Below, piece by piece: positions 13,452 to 25,400 of a stretch of DNA of 64,000 bases (within the stretch, counting starts at the first letter, position 1; each line of letters begins with the position of its first letter). This DNA comes from Torpedo marmorata (lineage: Eukaryota). The translations under genes were made by a program, and so were the position numbers. The notes beneath the pieces are model-generated. The model was not told the origin of the DNA and ran no database searches. It was given only the letters and a program-made list of their open reading frames with translations. The DNA is taken from the NCBI GenBank assembly GCA_977017645.1, contig OZ360227.1, positions 98,704,001-98,768,000 of the forward strand, read 5' to 3'.

Positions 13452-16400
13452 TTTTTATATACTGTAGTAACACATAAAAGGTTTGTCAGCTATATTGGAA
13501 TAAAATGAGTAGTTGCAGCGTGTGCTCAAGTGGTAATATGTTAGGGTTGTGGACTGGAGGGAAAAATACTATTTTTTACAGGGTTTAGTACTGAGACCAC
13601 TGCTGCTAATGATGGGCATTAACAGCTTGGACAGAAGTATAGAGCAACATTCTGAAATTTTGAAAATGATTCAAAATGTATGTCTTGTGAGAAGATGCTA
13701 GCACATACAAGTGAGGAAAATACTAATAGACTTCAAGTGGTTCAAGAAGAAGGTGTCACAATATCAACCAAAAAAAAGATAGATGAGATGGACCCAAAGT
13801 ATATTAAATTTAAAATTTAAATTTAGACATACAGCACAGTAACAGGCCATTTCGGCCCATGAGTCCGTGCCGCCCAATTTACACCCAATCGACCTACAAC
13901 CCTCAGCACGTTTTGAATGGTGGGAGGAAACCGGAGCCCCCGTAAAAAACCCACGCAGACACGGGGAGAACGTACAAACTCCTTACAGACAGCACGGGAT
14001 TCGAACCCTGGTCCCGATCGCTGGCGCTGTAAAGGCGTTACGCTAACTGCTACGCCAATTGTGCCGCCCATATTCAATCCAAATTCAATCCAAAAACATG
14101 TGAAATGATTCTGTTTTAAATAAGCCTTTTGAAGTGCCAGGTCAGATTAACAAAGAAATTAATGTTCAACACCATTGCTCATGCTCACCAGAGACCTTTT
14201 GTGGTCTTGTTTGCACCACTGTCACAACCTTCCCATAAAACAGAGCTTTTCATGAATGACAACAAGGCCTTATGCAATGGGTCCTGAGGCCATGTACCCT
14301 GACTATTCAAATATACCTGACTGATAATCAGATATTTGTAAGCAGTTAAAATAGCTTTAATCAATTCAACATAGAACAGTACATGAACAGACCCTTCATC
14401 CCACATGTCCACACCAAATATGATGCCTAATTTAAACTAAAACTTTGCTTCTTGCACATGATCCATATTCATCTATTTCCTGTATATTCATATGTCTAAC
14501 GAGAAGCCTCTAAAACACTACTATTGTATCTGCTTCCACCACTACTAGCAGCACTAGTCCAGACACCCACCACTCCCCTCTCCCCCCACCCCTATCCCAC
14601 ACACATCCTCTAGTATGTGACATTCTTACCCTGGTTAAAGGTCCTGTGTCCACCTTATCAATGCCTCTGATAATTTTATAAACCCCTCATTCTCCAATGC
14701 TCCAGAGAAAACAACCCAAGTTTGTCCAGCCTCTCCTTATAGCTCAGACCTTCTATTCCAGGCAACATCCTGATCTGTACCCTTTCTAAAGCCTCCACGT
14801 CCATTCTGCAATTGAAAGACTAGAATAACACACTATTCTAAGTGGGGCCTAACCAAAGTTTTATATAGCTGTAGCATTACTTCTTTACTTTTATACCCAA
14901 TGCCCTGCCCAATGAAGACAAGGAAACCACACACCTTCTTTACAACCATATAAACCTGTATAGCCATTTTCAAGGATCTATGGACCTGTAGCTTCAGATC
15001 CCTCTTCATGTCAATGCCTTTAGGAGTCCTGCCATTAATCTTGTACTTTCCCCTTTTGACCTCCCAAAGTGAAACACTTCACACTTGTCTGGATTAAACT
15101 CGATCTGCCTTTTCGCTGCCTATATCTGTAACTGATCTACTACATTCGTTTGCATTCTTTGAGAGACCTTTTACTTAATTAATGACACATTAAAGGTGAT
15201 TAAAAAGAAAAAGTAACAAGAAAAACTTTTGTTCTACAACTGGTTAGGATTTGGAATGTACTGCTTGATATTGAAAACAGATTTAATAACAGATTTCAAA
15301 ACAAAATTGAGTGAAGGAAAAAAAATATTTCAGGGAAATTGGAGAGGAGTCGGGGAGTGAGATTAACTAAATTCCTCTGACTTGACAACACATACTTGAT
15401 GAGCTTAATGAAGCGCTGTGATGTGCTAAATTTTTGTTTTTATCTTTTATTGATTTTTTTTTTTAATTACTTCCAGATACACCTGGGCCTGTCTCTGATT
15501 TTGATGCTTCAGATGTTTCAAAAACTGGATGCCAATTGTCATGGTCACCACCTGATAATGATGGTGGTAGTCCAGTAACTCACTATATTTTGGAGAAGCG
15601 TGAGGCAGACAGGAAATCCTGGGGCAAAGTGATACAAGATTTGAAGAAAACTAGTTTTAAAGTGATTGGTCTAGTACCTGGAACTGAATACTACTTCAGA
15701 GTAACTGCTGTCAATCAATATGGTCCTGGGGTTCCAAAGGACATTCCCAAATCAATTTTAGCAAGAGATCCAGTCAGTAAGTATAATATGTTTTTATTTT
15801 CCAAATTAATCTAAGAAATACAAGAGGGGTTTGCCAGATGTTTATTTTTTATATTTTATTTTATAATTTTGTCTCTAAATAACTGTTTATAATTTGATTT
15901 TAGGTGAACCAGATCCACCCAAGAAAGTAGATGTTGTGAATATAACAAAGAATAGTGCTTCATTAGCATGGTTACCGCCTATAAGAGATGGAGGCGCTAA
16001 AATTGATGGTTACATCATTGAATATCAGAAAGAAGGCGAATCTGAGAAACAATGGACACAATACTCCATAATCAAGGATCTGCATATTATTGTAACAGGT
16101 CTAAGGGAAGGAACTAAATACAAATTCAGAGTTGCAGCTAGAAATATTGTAGGTGCCAGCTTGCCCAGGGAAACTGAAGGAGTTTTTGAAATTAAAGAAC
16201 AACTGAGTAAGTAAACAGAAAATATTTCTTTATGAATAAATTATCAAAATTGAAACAAACTTTTGAAATTATAACATTGTGAATAAGATGTCAAATTAGC
16301 ATTATATTACTATATTACAATTGTCATCAGGCACGTTACCTTGAGGTTAATGCCTCATTTGTATGATGTTACCCAACCATAGATACTTTTGCTGCTGCTT

Positions 16401-19400
16401 TCCTGCAGTGAAATATTTTCTGCTGAGAGAGGAGAAAACATTCCAGGAAAGCAGCAGGCCAAAAGAAAGTAGTGAGGTCCGGAGGAAGTTGTCTGCCTTT
16501 TATGGTGCCACCTTTACTGAAAAAACATTCCTTTTAAAAGTTCCTTTTAAGGATCAGGATCTTTGATTCTCAACAGCTAGTATTGTGTTGGTTTCATCCT
16601 CCAACAATTAATTTCATATTTAAATAGTGTCCTGTCTGTTTGAGCAGGGTATTGAACTTCTATTTAATCCCTCCTGAAAGTACATTCAGGCTGGCAATTG
16701 AAAAGGTTCTCAAGACCATTTTCAGTTTCTGCTCTCTTCACGTGTGAAATGAAAGGTTGGTCTTTAAAATTTGACCTATGTCACTTTATTTTGACATTTT
16801 CATATATTGAAAGGTTTGTTTTTCCATGTGCTATGTTAAAGATCTGAGAAATAATTGAAAGGACGTCATGTATAATAAGTAGGTTTGTGGACCAGCCAAT
16901 GCCATTTTATACTCAGCAAAATCTCACCAACAGTAAACATTGAATGAAATTTTGAGTTGCATACATATAGAGCCTCAATTTAAGATCCTTTCATAACAAC
17001 TTGTCACTTCTAACAATGCAGCACTCACTTAGGGCTACAATGGAGTGGTGGCCTGGTATATTTATATATTTTAGATATGTGAGTGTATATGTTTTAAATA
17101 TATAGATATAGATTTATAGAGAGATANNNNNNNNNNNNNNNNNNNNNNNNNNNNNNNNNNNNNNNNNNNNNNNNNNNNNNNNNNNNNNNNNNNNNNNNNN
17201 NNNNNNNNNNNNNNNNNNNNNNNNNNNNNNNNNNNNNNNNNNNNNNNNNNNNNNNNNNNNNNNNNNNNNNNNNNNNNNNNNNNNNNNNNNNNNNNNNNNN
17301 NNNNNNNNNNNNNNNNNNNNNNNNNNNNNNNNNNNNNNNNNNNNNNNNNNNNNNNNNNNNNNNNNNNNNNNNNNNNNNNNNNNNNNNNNNNNNNNNNNNN
17401 NNNNNNNNNNNNNNNNNNNNNNNNNNNNNNNNNNNNNNNNNNNNNNNNNNNNNNNNNNNNNNNNNNNNNNNNNNNNNNNNNNNNNNNNNNNNNNNNNNNN
17501 NNNNNNNNNNNNNNNNNNNNNNNNNNNNNNNNNNNNNNNNNNNNNNNNNNNNNNNNNNNNNNNNNNNNNNNNNNNNNNNNNNNNNNNNNNNNNNNNNNNN
17601 NNNNNNNNNNNNNNNNNNNNNNNNNNNNNNNNNNNNNNNNNNNNNNNNNNNNNNNNNNNNNNNNNNNNNNNNNNNNNNNNNNNNNNNNNNNNNNNNNNNN
17701 NNNNNNNNNNNNNNNNNNNNNNNNNNNNNNNNNNNNNNNNNNNNNNNNNNNNNNNNNNNNNNNNNNNNNNNNNNNNNNNNNNNNNNNNNNNNNNNNNNNN
17801 NNNNNNNNNNNNNNNNNNNNNNNNNNNNNNNNNNNNNNNNNNNNGTAATTTAAAAGTCTGAAAAATTGAACTAATTTCCTGAGTGCGTTCTGCTGGTTCA
17901 CAATCTTGCCTGCAGTTCTTTGGAGATTAGAATCATCTCTATTGGCAGCACATGCTGGGAAAATTATAACAAAAGTTTATTTCCCTGCTTTAAGATAACA
18001 TTAATGCTATGTTTTTCTAACAGTGCCACCGAAGATTATCATGCCAGAATTCATAACTATCAAAGCCGGACAGAAGCTCAGAATTGAGGCTCATGTAGCT
18101 GGCAAGCCTGCACCAATTTGCAAGTGGATGAAAAGTGATGAAGTCGTAGTTCCATCTAGCCGGATAGTTGTACATAAGACAAAGGACACTTCTGTACTCA
18201 TCATCAAAGATGTTACCAGGAAAGATAGTGGCTTCTACAGTCTATCTGCAGAAAATAGCTCTGGCATTACCTCCCAGAAAATCCGAGTTGTGATAATGGG
18301 TTTGTATATTGGCTTGTGTAAACATACAATCCTTTGAATTTGCATGAGCTGAGTAAATCATTTTCTATTAATTGATTGAATCAAAAGCAATGTTAATTAA
18401 TCTTTCTTGATGGTTATTTTATTTTCAGATATTCCCGGACCTCCACAACCTCCATTTGACATTTCAGAAATTGATGCTGATGCATGTAGTCTTAATTGGC
18501 ATATTCCATTTGAAGATGGTGGGAGCAATATAACAAACTATGTGGTTGAGAAGTGTGATTTAAGCCGTGGAGACTGGGTTACAGCCATTGCTTCTGTAAC
18601 TAAAACAAACTGTAGAATTGGCAAACTTATCCCAGGCAATGAGTACATGTTCCGTGTTCGTGCAGAAAACAGATTTGGTGTTTCAGAACCTCTTACCTCT
18701 GATAAAATGATTGCAAGATATCAATTTGGTAAGCTATGAAATTAAACATTTTTCTTAAGATTTCAAAATCTTGCTTGAAATATGCCCATAATTAATGTTT
18801 CCTTTTGTCAACAGACGTCCCAAGTGAACCAAAGAATGCCCATATCACAAAGGTGAACAAGGATTGCATGTTTGTTCGATGGGATAGACCAGAAAGTGAT
18901 GGTGGTAGTCCCATTATTGGATATATTATTGAACGGAAAGAAAAGAATAGTCTTCTTTGGGTAAAGGCAAATGACACTTCTGTCCGTACTACTGAGTACC
19001 CGTGTTCAGGTCTAATTGAAGGGCTAGAATATACCTTCAGAATCAGTGCACTGAACAGAGCAGGAACTAGCAAACCTAGTAAACCAACTGAGTTTGAAAC
19101 AGCCAGGACGCCTGTTGGTAAATATCCCCGAAAAATTGAAAATAGCTATTGAATTAATTTCATAATGAAATTTAAATTTTACTGTTTTTTCATATAATAA
19201 TAATAATCATCTATTGATATTCTGCAACAGATCCACCAGGCAAACCTGAACCTGTTGATGTGACAAATAATTCTGTCTCTCTCGTCTGGGCAAGACCAAA
19301 ACATGATGGTGGGAGCAAACTAATCGGGTATTATGTTGAAGCTTGTAAGTTACCTGGTGATAAGTGGATACGGTGCAATACAAACTACCAAAATGTACCT

Positions 19401-22400
19401 CATGAGGAATTCACTGTTACTCGTCTTGAAGAAGGTATCCAGTATCAATTCAGGATTATTGCTAAGACCGCAATTAATATGAGCAAGCCATCTGAACCTT
19501 CAGACCCAGTGACCATCCTGGCAGAGCATGGTAACAAATTAATGTTGACTTATTATATTTTATATTTAATTCTAATTTTTTGATATCACAATATAAGACA
19601 TTAAAATAAATTAGCAGATTAATGAAAGAAAAATATTCACACTAATGCTTTTTTCGATTTACAGTTGCACCAAAGATTGATTTGGGTGTGTCAATGAAGT
19701 CTCTGGTTACTGTAAAGGCTGGATCCAATGTTTGTCTTGATGCTAATGTCTTTGGAAAGCCTTTTCCAAAGATCACATGGAAGAAAGATGGCAAAATAAT
19801 AACTCCAATTGAAGGCATTAAGATGGCCAGAGTAAGGAATCTGTGCACAGTCGAATTATTTAGTGTCCAAAGGAAAGAAACTGGAGAGTACACAATTGTT
19901 GCAGAAAACCAGAGTGGGTCCAAATCAGCCAACGTGAAACTTAAAGTACTCGGTAATATAAATATATAATACCGTATATAATTTATGTATGAATATAATG
20001 TTAATTATACAGTTGTTTCATAAAATGTGTTTGTAAATGTTCATCTATATTTAATGAAATAACATAAATATTTATTGAGAAGGTACTGAATAAAATAAAT
20101 AATTTCCTTGAGAATAAGTGGAAGTAAACATGTTATTTTTAAACAAATGGACTTACTCAAGTAAATCATACTTTATAAAATGTTAATGCATCTTATTTTC
20201 TTCTTTTAAATAGATAAACCTGGTCCACCAGCTTCCATCAAAATTAGCAATGTTTATTCAGATCGTGTTACTCTGAATTGGGAACCTCCCCTTGAAGATG
20301 GCGGTGCTGAGATTACAAACTACATTATTGATAAACGTGAGACAAGCCGTCCTAATTGGGCTCAAGTTACTGCTAATGTACAACTTACAAAGTGTGGTGT
20401 AGAAAAACTGATTGAAAGACATGAATACCAATTCCGTGTCAGTGCTGAAAACAAGTATGGTGTTGGTGACCCAATAATGACAAACACAGTTGTTGCTAAG
20501 AATCCATTTGGTAAATAAAACATTTTGGCTTTGTAGTTATTTTTGGTTTTAATGTATTAAGATTTAAAATATTTTAATACTTACTGTTTATTCTTTGAAG
20601 ACGTACCTGGACCATGTGATCCTCCAGTAATTAGCAACATCACAAAAGATCATATGACTGTTAGCTGGAAAGCCCCATCAGATGATGGTGGCTCTCCTGT
20701 GACTGGATATTTACTGGAGAAACGTGAGGCAAGTGCTGTAAGCTGGTCGAAAGTCAATAGGAAGCCAGTATTGGAAAGAACAGTTAAAGCCACAGGACTT
20801 CAGGAAGGAACTGAATATGAGTACCGAGTTATTGCTTTAAATAAAGCTGGACCAGGAAAACCCAGTGAATCTTCAAAAGCAGCAATTTCTTTTGATCCTC
20901 AATGTAAGCAGATACAGTATATGGTCACATACATATAGACATTGTATTATAGACTTTTATTTTTGAATTTTGTTTTCATGCAAATTATTTTATTTTCATT
21001 TAGATCCTCCAGGACCTCCTGCTTTCCCGAAAGTGGTTGATACAACTCATAGTACCATCAGCTTGTCATGGAGTAGACCAGCATATGATGGTGGCAGTCC
21101 AATCGTGGGATATCTAGTTGAAGTTAAACGTGCTGATGGTGAAAACTGGATAAAATGCAATATTCCAAAGACTCTTTGTGACACACACTATACTGTAACA
21201 GGACTATGTGAAGGAACTGAATATCAGTTCCGTGTAAGCGCAGTTAACAAAATAGGCTTCAGTGATCCAAGTGAAGTGCCTGAAAAACATACAGCCAAAG
21301 ACATATTGAGTAAGTTTCATGACATGTGCAGGAAATTAAATATTGTCTCATAAAATACCCAACACGTTAGACACATCTGACCGACTGCTCAGCATCGTCC
21401 ACTGGTCAGCATCAAGTCCACTGATGCTGAAGGACTGTATGCACCTATTATCTTGCTTCTCCGCTTTACACCAGCCATTCCTGGTACATTGAGCACAGCC
21501 CCATTCATGTGAATGAAAATACAAAATTTCAATTAAATGATGTGAGGGGATATTTTTTTATTTTACCTAATAGAAATCATTTTTAATTTAGTTGAGTTGA
21601 AACTGTTTTATTTTTAGTGTTTATGATTTAAATATTTTCCAAATATTTCTAACCCCATCCCTAAATATTTCTAACATTAAAAAAGCTGAGATTTGTCTTT
21701 TGACAGCATGAGCTGCCAGAAAGTAATCAGGGCAATTGATGAGTGGGAAATTACTTTCCATAGGAAGGTTTGCATTGGAAGCTATTCCTGAGCAAGGGGA
21801 GTGGCATGGTAAATAAGCAAATTAGGAGTAGGACCCTCAGCTCCTTAAGTCTGTTCCTTCAATCAAAAGATCATGGCTGCTCTAATTGTAACCTCAACTT
21901 TACATTCCTGTCTATCCCTTCAACCTTTTGTTCCTTATTAAGATTCTATGTACCTTAAAAATATACAAAGACCCTGCTACCACACAATTTTACAAAGAGA
22001 GTTCTAAAGTGTTCTATATTGTGTAATACGAAGACAAGGCAGTTGACTCTAGTTCTGTGATCTGTCAGATGTACAGCACAATGATACACATGCCAAATAT
22101 TTTAATAGAGATTTCATTATTTATTTTTCTGAACAGTTGCTCCTGAAGCAGATCTTGATGCTGACTTGAGGAAGGTACTTGTTCTGCGTGCTGGCGTCAC
22201 AATGAGAATCTATGTGCCAGTGAGAGGTCGACCCTCACCAAAGATTAGTTGGGCTAAAATGGATGCCAACATCAAGGATAGACAAGGACTTGAAATCAGA
22301 ACTTCAGATTATGACACAATGTTGTACTGTGAGAATGTGAATAAATACGATGCTGGAAAGTATATTTTAAGTTTAGAAAATAGTAGCGGAGTAAAGGCAT

Positions 22401-25400
22401 ATACAATTATTGTAAAGGTTCTTGGTAAGTTGTTAATTCTTTCATAAAATGTAATATTTCACTAATTTAGAGCTTCTTGTTTGGAATTGTTTTTTTCAAT
22501 GAGATAGCTTTTTACTTGTTTTTCCCTTTTTAATCAGACACTCCTGGTCCTCCAGTTAATCTTATTGTAAAGTCAACAGCTAAAGATCATGCTGTTTTGT
22601 CTTGGGATCCTCCTCTTATCAATGGTGGCAGTCCAGTTAAAAATTACATTATAGAGAAAAGAGATGCTGAAAGAAAGGCATGGTCAACTGTGGCAACTGA
22701 ATGTTCCAAGACAAGTTTCAGAGTGATCAACTTGGAAGAAAGTAAATATTATTACTTCAGAGTTCTGGCTGAAAATGACTATGGCATTGGTGAACCATGT
22801 GAGACAAAAGATGCTGTGAAAGCTTCAGGTGAGGAATAAAAGTTATGCCTTCAGGGTGCAACATAATTATAATGTAAACCAGAAAACTGAATATTGCAGT
22901 TCTTTTCCACTAAAAGTTACACATTTTCTTAATACAGAGGAGCCTGGGCCAGTGGTGGACTTGAAAGCTGCAGCTATATCAAAGAAATCATGCACTTTGG
23001 TATGGAAGAAACCAATTAGTGATGGTGGAACCCGAATTACTGGTTATATTGTTGAAAAGATGCTTGAAGGGGACACATGGTGTGAGCTGATGAGGTCCAA
23101 GAATATGCAATTTACAGTTAATGATCTGAAAGAAGGGAAAGAATACACTTTCAGAGTAAGAGCACAAAATGATGCAGGATACAGTATACCACGCGAAATT
23201 ACAATTGAGGCAAAGGATCAAGTTGGTGAGTATTTTTCACATTACTGTACTAACATGCTCCTGAGGAAATCTACTCTAATGTATGCAAATGTAGCAGTAC
23301 TGTAAATGAAGTGAATAAGCAGTATTGAGGAAGAAAAGTTGATGCTATTTACTTCAACATGATATGCTATTCACAGACAATTGACTGTTGTTTATAACTT
23401 ATCTTGGAATAAATGCAAGTTGAATTACAGGTGTGAATCATTGAAAAGTAAGATGAGTAATTTTTTTATAATGGTAGAAATGAAACTAGGTGTAATAGAA
23501 AAGAATATTTATTATGACATGTTATCATATTCCTCAGAATAATTTGAAGTTCATTACAGCCAGTAAATTATGAGTATAGTCATGTAAATACTGTAAATAC
23601 AAAAATTATTGGGCTTGAGATAACCTTTACATTTGTTCATTGAAGAAGAAATATTTTCTAGGATTTCAGGAAACTTCTCAAATAAATGGAATCATGCATG
23701 CACTTCAACCATCTAAGCAAATTGATAGAGCTTCCCCATATTAGCAACATTGCATTCATGCATCAGCCTAGATTATGTGCTGATGCCCAGATGTAGCTGG
23801 AACATTTATAACTGTTAGATGTTTGCCATACTAACTGAGACACTCTAACATTTAATATTATAACCATTACAACCTACAAATCAACTATATAAAAATTTTG
23901 AATCATTAACTGCATGTAATTGCCAGCATTCACTTATTTCTACAGGTAGAATTTTAACAAATTCCCAAAATCCAAGGAAAAAGGGGAGTATTTCACCTAA
24001 CCACCACCCAATAGTAAAAAGGGACGCACCTAGATCCCTAATTGGTGAGAGCTCCCTGTGTACGTGAGATACTAGACCAAACAGCATTTAGCTTGACCTG
24101 GGACTTGAAATTTGAAGGGTGTCCAAAGTGGAGAAGCAAATGGGCTCTTGAATGGGAATGGTCTGGATTTGGGGTCTTGAGGCAACAGTCATGGATATAA
24201 TAGGGAGAGTATTGATGAGGGTAAAAGAGGCTGCCAATGTAATTTTTTAAAATACCCTTCCTCTTAGCTGCTTGACATGAAAATCCTTCATGATATTTAT
24301 CAGCTGTGTACTGTTTGGTGTAGTTAGGTAATTCCAAGGACAGTTTCTCTCCTGCTGTTATCAGACTCTTTCGACCGCTGTTAGTATGAGAGGATGCCTT
24401 GCACTATGTAACTATAATTTTCTCTTTATCACAACACCCTGCCCTTTTATCTTATGTGACACTATACCCTGCACTTTTGTTTTATTGTAACACTATGTTT
24501 TTATTCATGTACTACTTGTTGTTCTCTGTGGAGATTAAATTGCCTGGATAGCACACTGTATCTTGATATACATGAGAATAAACAATGCAATTCAAATGTT
24601 GAGGTCCTTCTCCAAATGAGACAAGGCACACCCAAGAAACATCTCTGTTTCTCTGTCAGTAACTTCCAAGGACATAATTGTTACCTGTAAAAAAAATTGC
24701 ACAGATGAATGGTGCAAGATTTCTGGAGGCCCAGCCTAAGTTCTCTGAAGACCAAGTAACAAAAGTACATATTTCAAAATTTAGGGAAGTCATGGGCAGC
24801 TGCCCAATTGGATGATTTGGCCCAATAAGGTCATCTAATTGACAAATAACAGGTTTGAATTCAAACCAAAATAATCATATAAAATGTTTGAATTTAATTG
24901 GGGATCTCATCATCAGTAGATTAAACTATGATGTCATGTTTGCTAATCTGTCGGTATTAATACCACAGAATTCCAGAAAGAATTGTATAACATTATGCAC
25001 AAGATAGATAAATGAGAACTAAAACAGACAAATATTTTTAATAGCAAGAGACTAGGACAGTCAGAAATGAATTTGGATGTCCAGATCCATAAATCATTAA
25101 AATCTGGTGGAATGCTCAGAAGGACTGGAACATAGAGGGAGGACGTTGTGCTTTAATTAGAGGCTTGGGAAGACCTCATCAAGTGTATTGCATTGAGTTC
25201 AGGGGATTACTCCGTAGGTAGTAGAGAGGTTAGAGCAATTTTGGTCAGGATATAATTGAATCACTTCGAAATGACCTGAAATGACATACTCTTGTTGCTG
25301 TTGAAGAATATACATTTTGTTTACACTATTGCTGAAAGAGTTACAAGCTTAATAAATTACTATTTGCCCATTATTAAAACTGACACAAGCCAAATACATA

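Larger units (their letters stand above)
12410..15435 (+). mobile_element. Old, heavily decayed CR1-type LINE (ORF2 relic to 3' UTR), interrupted by younger insertions
   Basis: Relics of LxLILGNExGQV (~12418), YRPVxL (~13238), LTNLxxFFD (~13342), HKRLVS (~13471), QGxVLxPLL (~13579); CR1-like 3' end at ~15220-15430; boundaries approximate. Confidence 0.7.

Noticed and set aside
13823-14108. ORFs at 13823, 13917, 46318, 47045, 47382 and tRNA-like boxes
   Set aside because: They lie in SINE copies; the tRNA-like head has A/B boxes but runs into the V core, so they are neither tRNA genes nor proteins
17071-17901. 276-aa minus-strand ORF
   Set aside because: Artefact of translating the N gap
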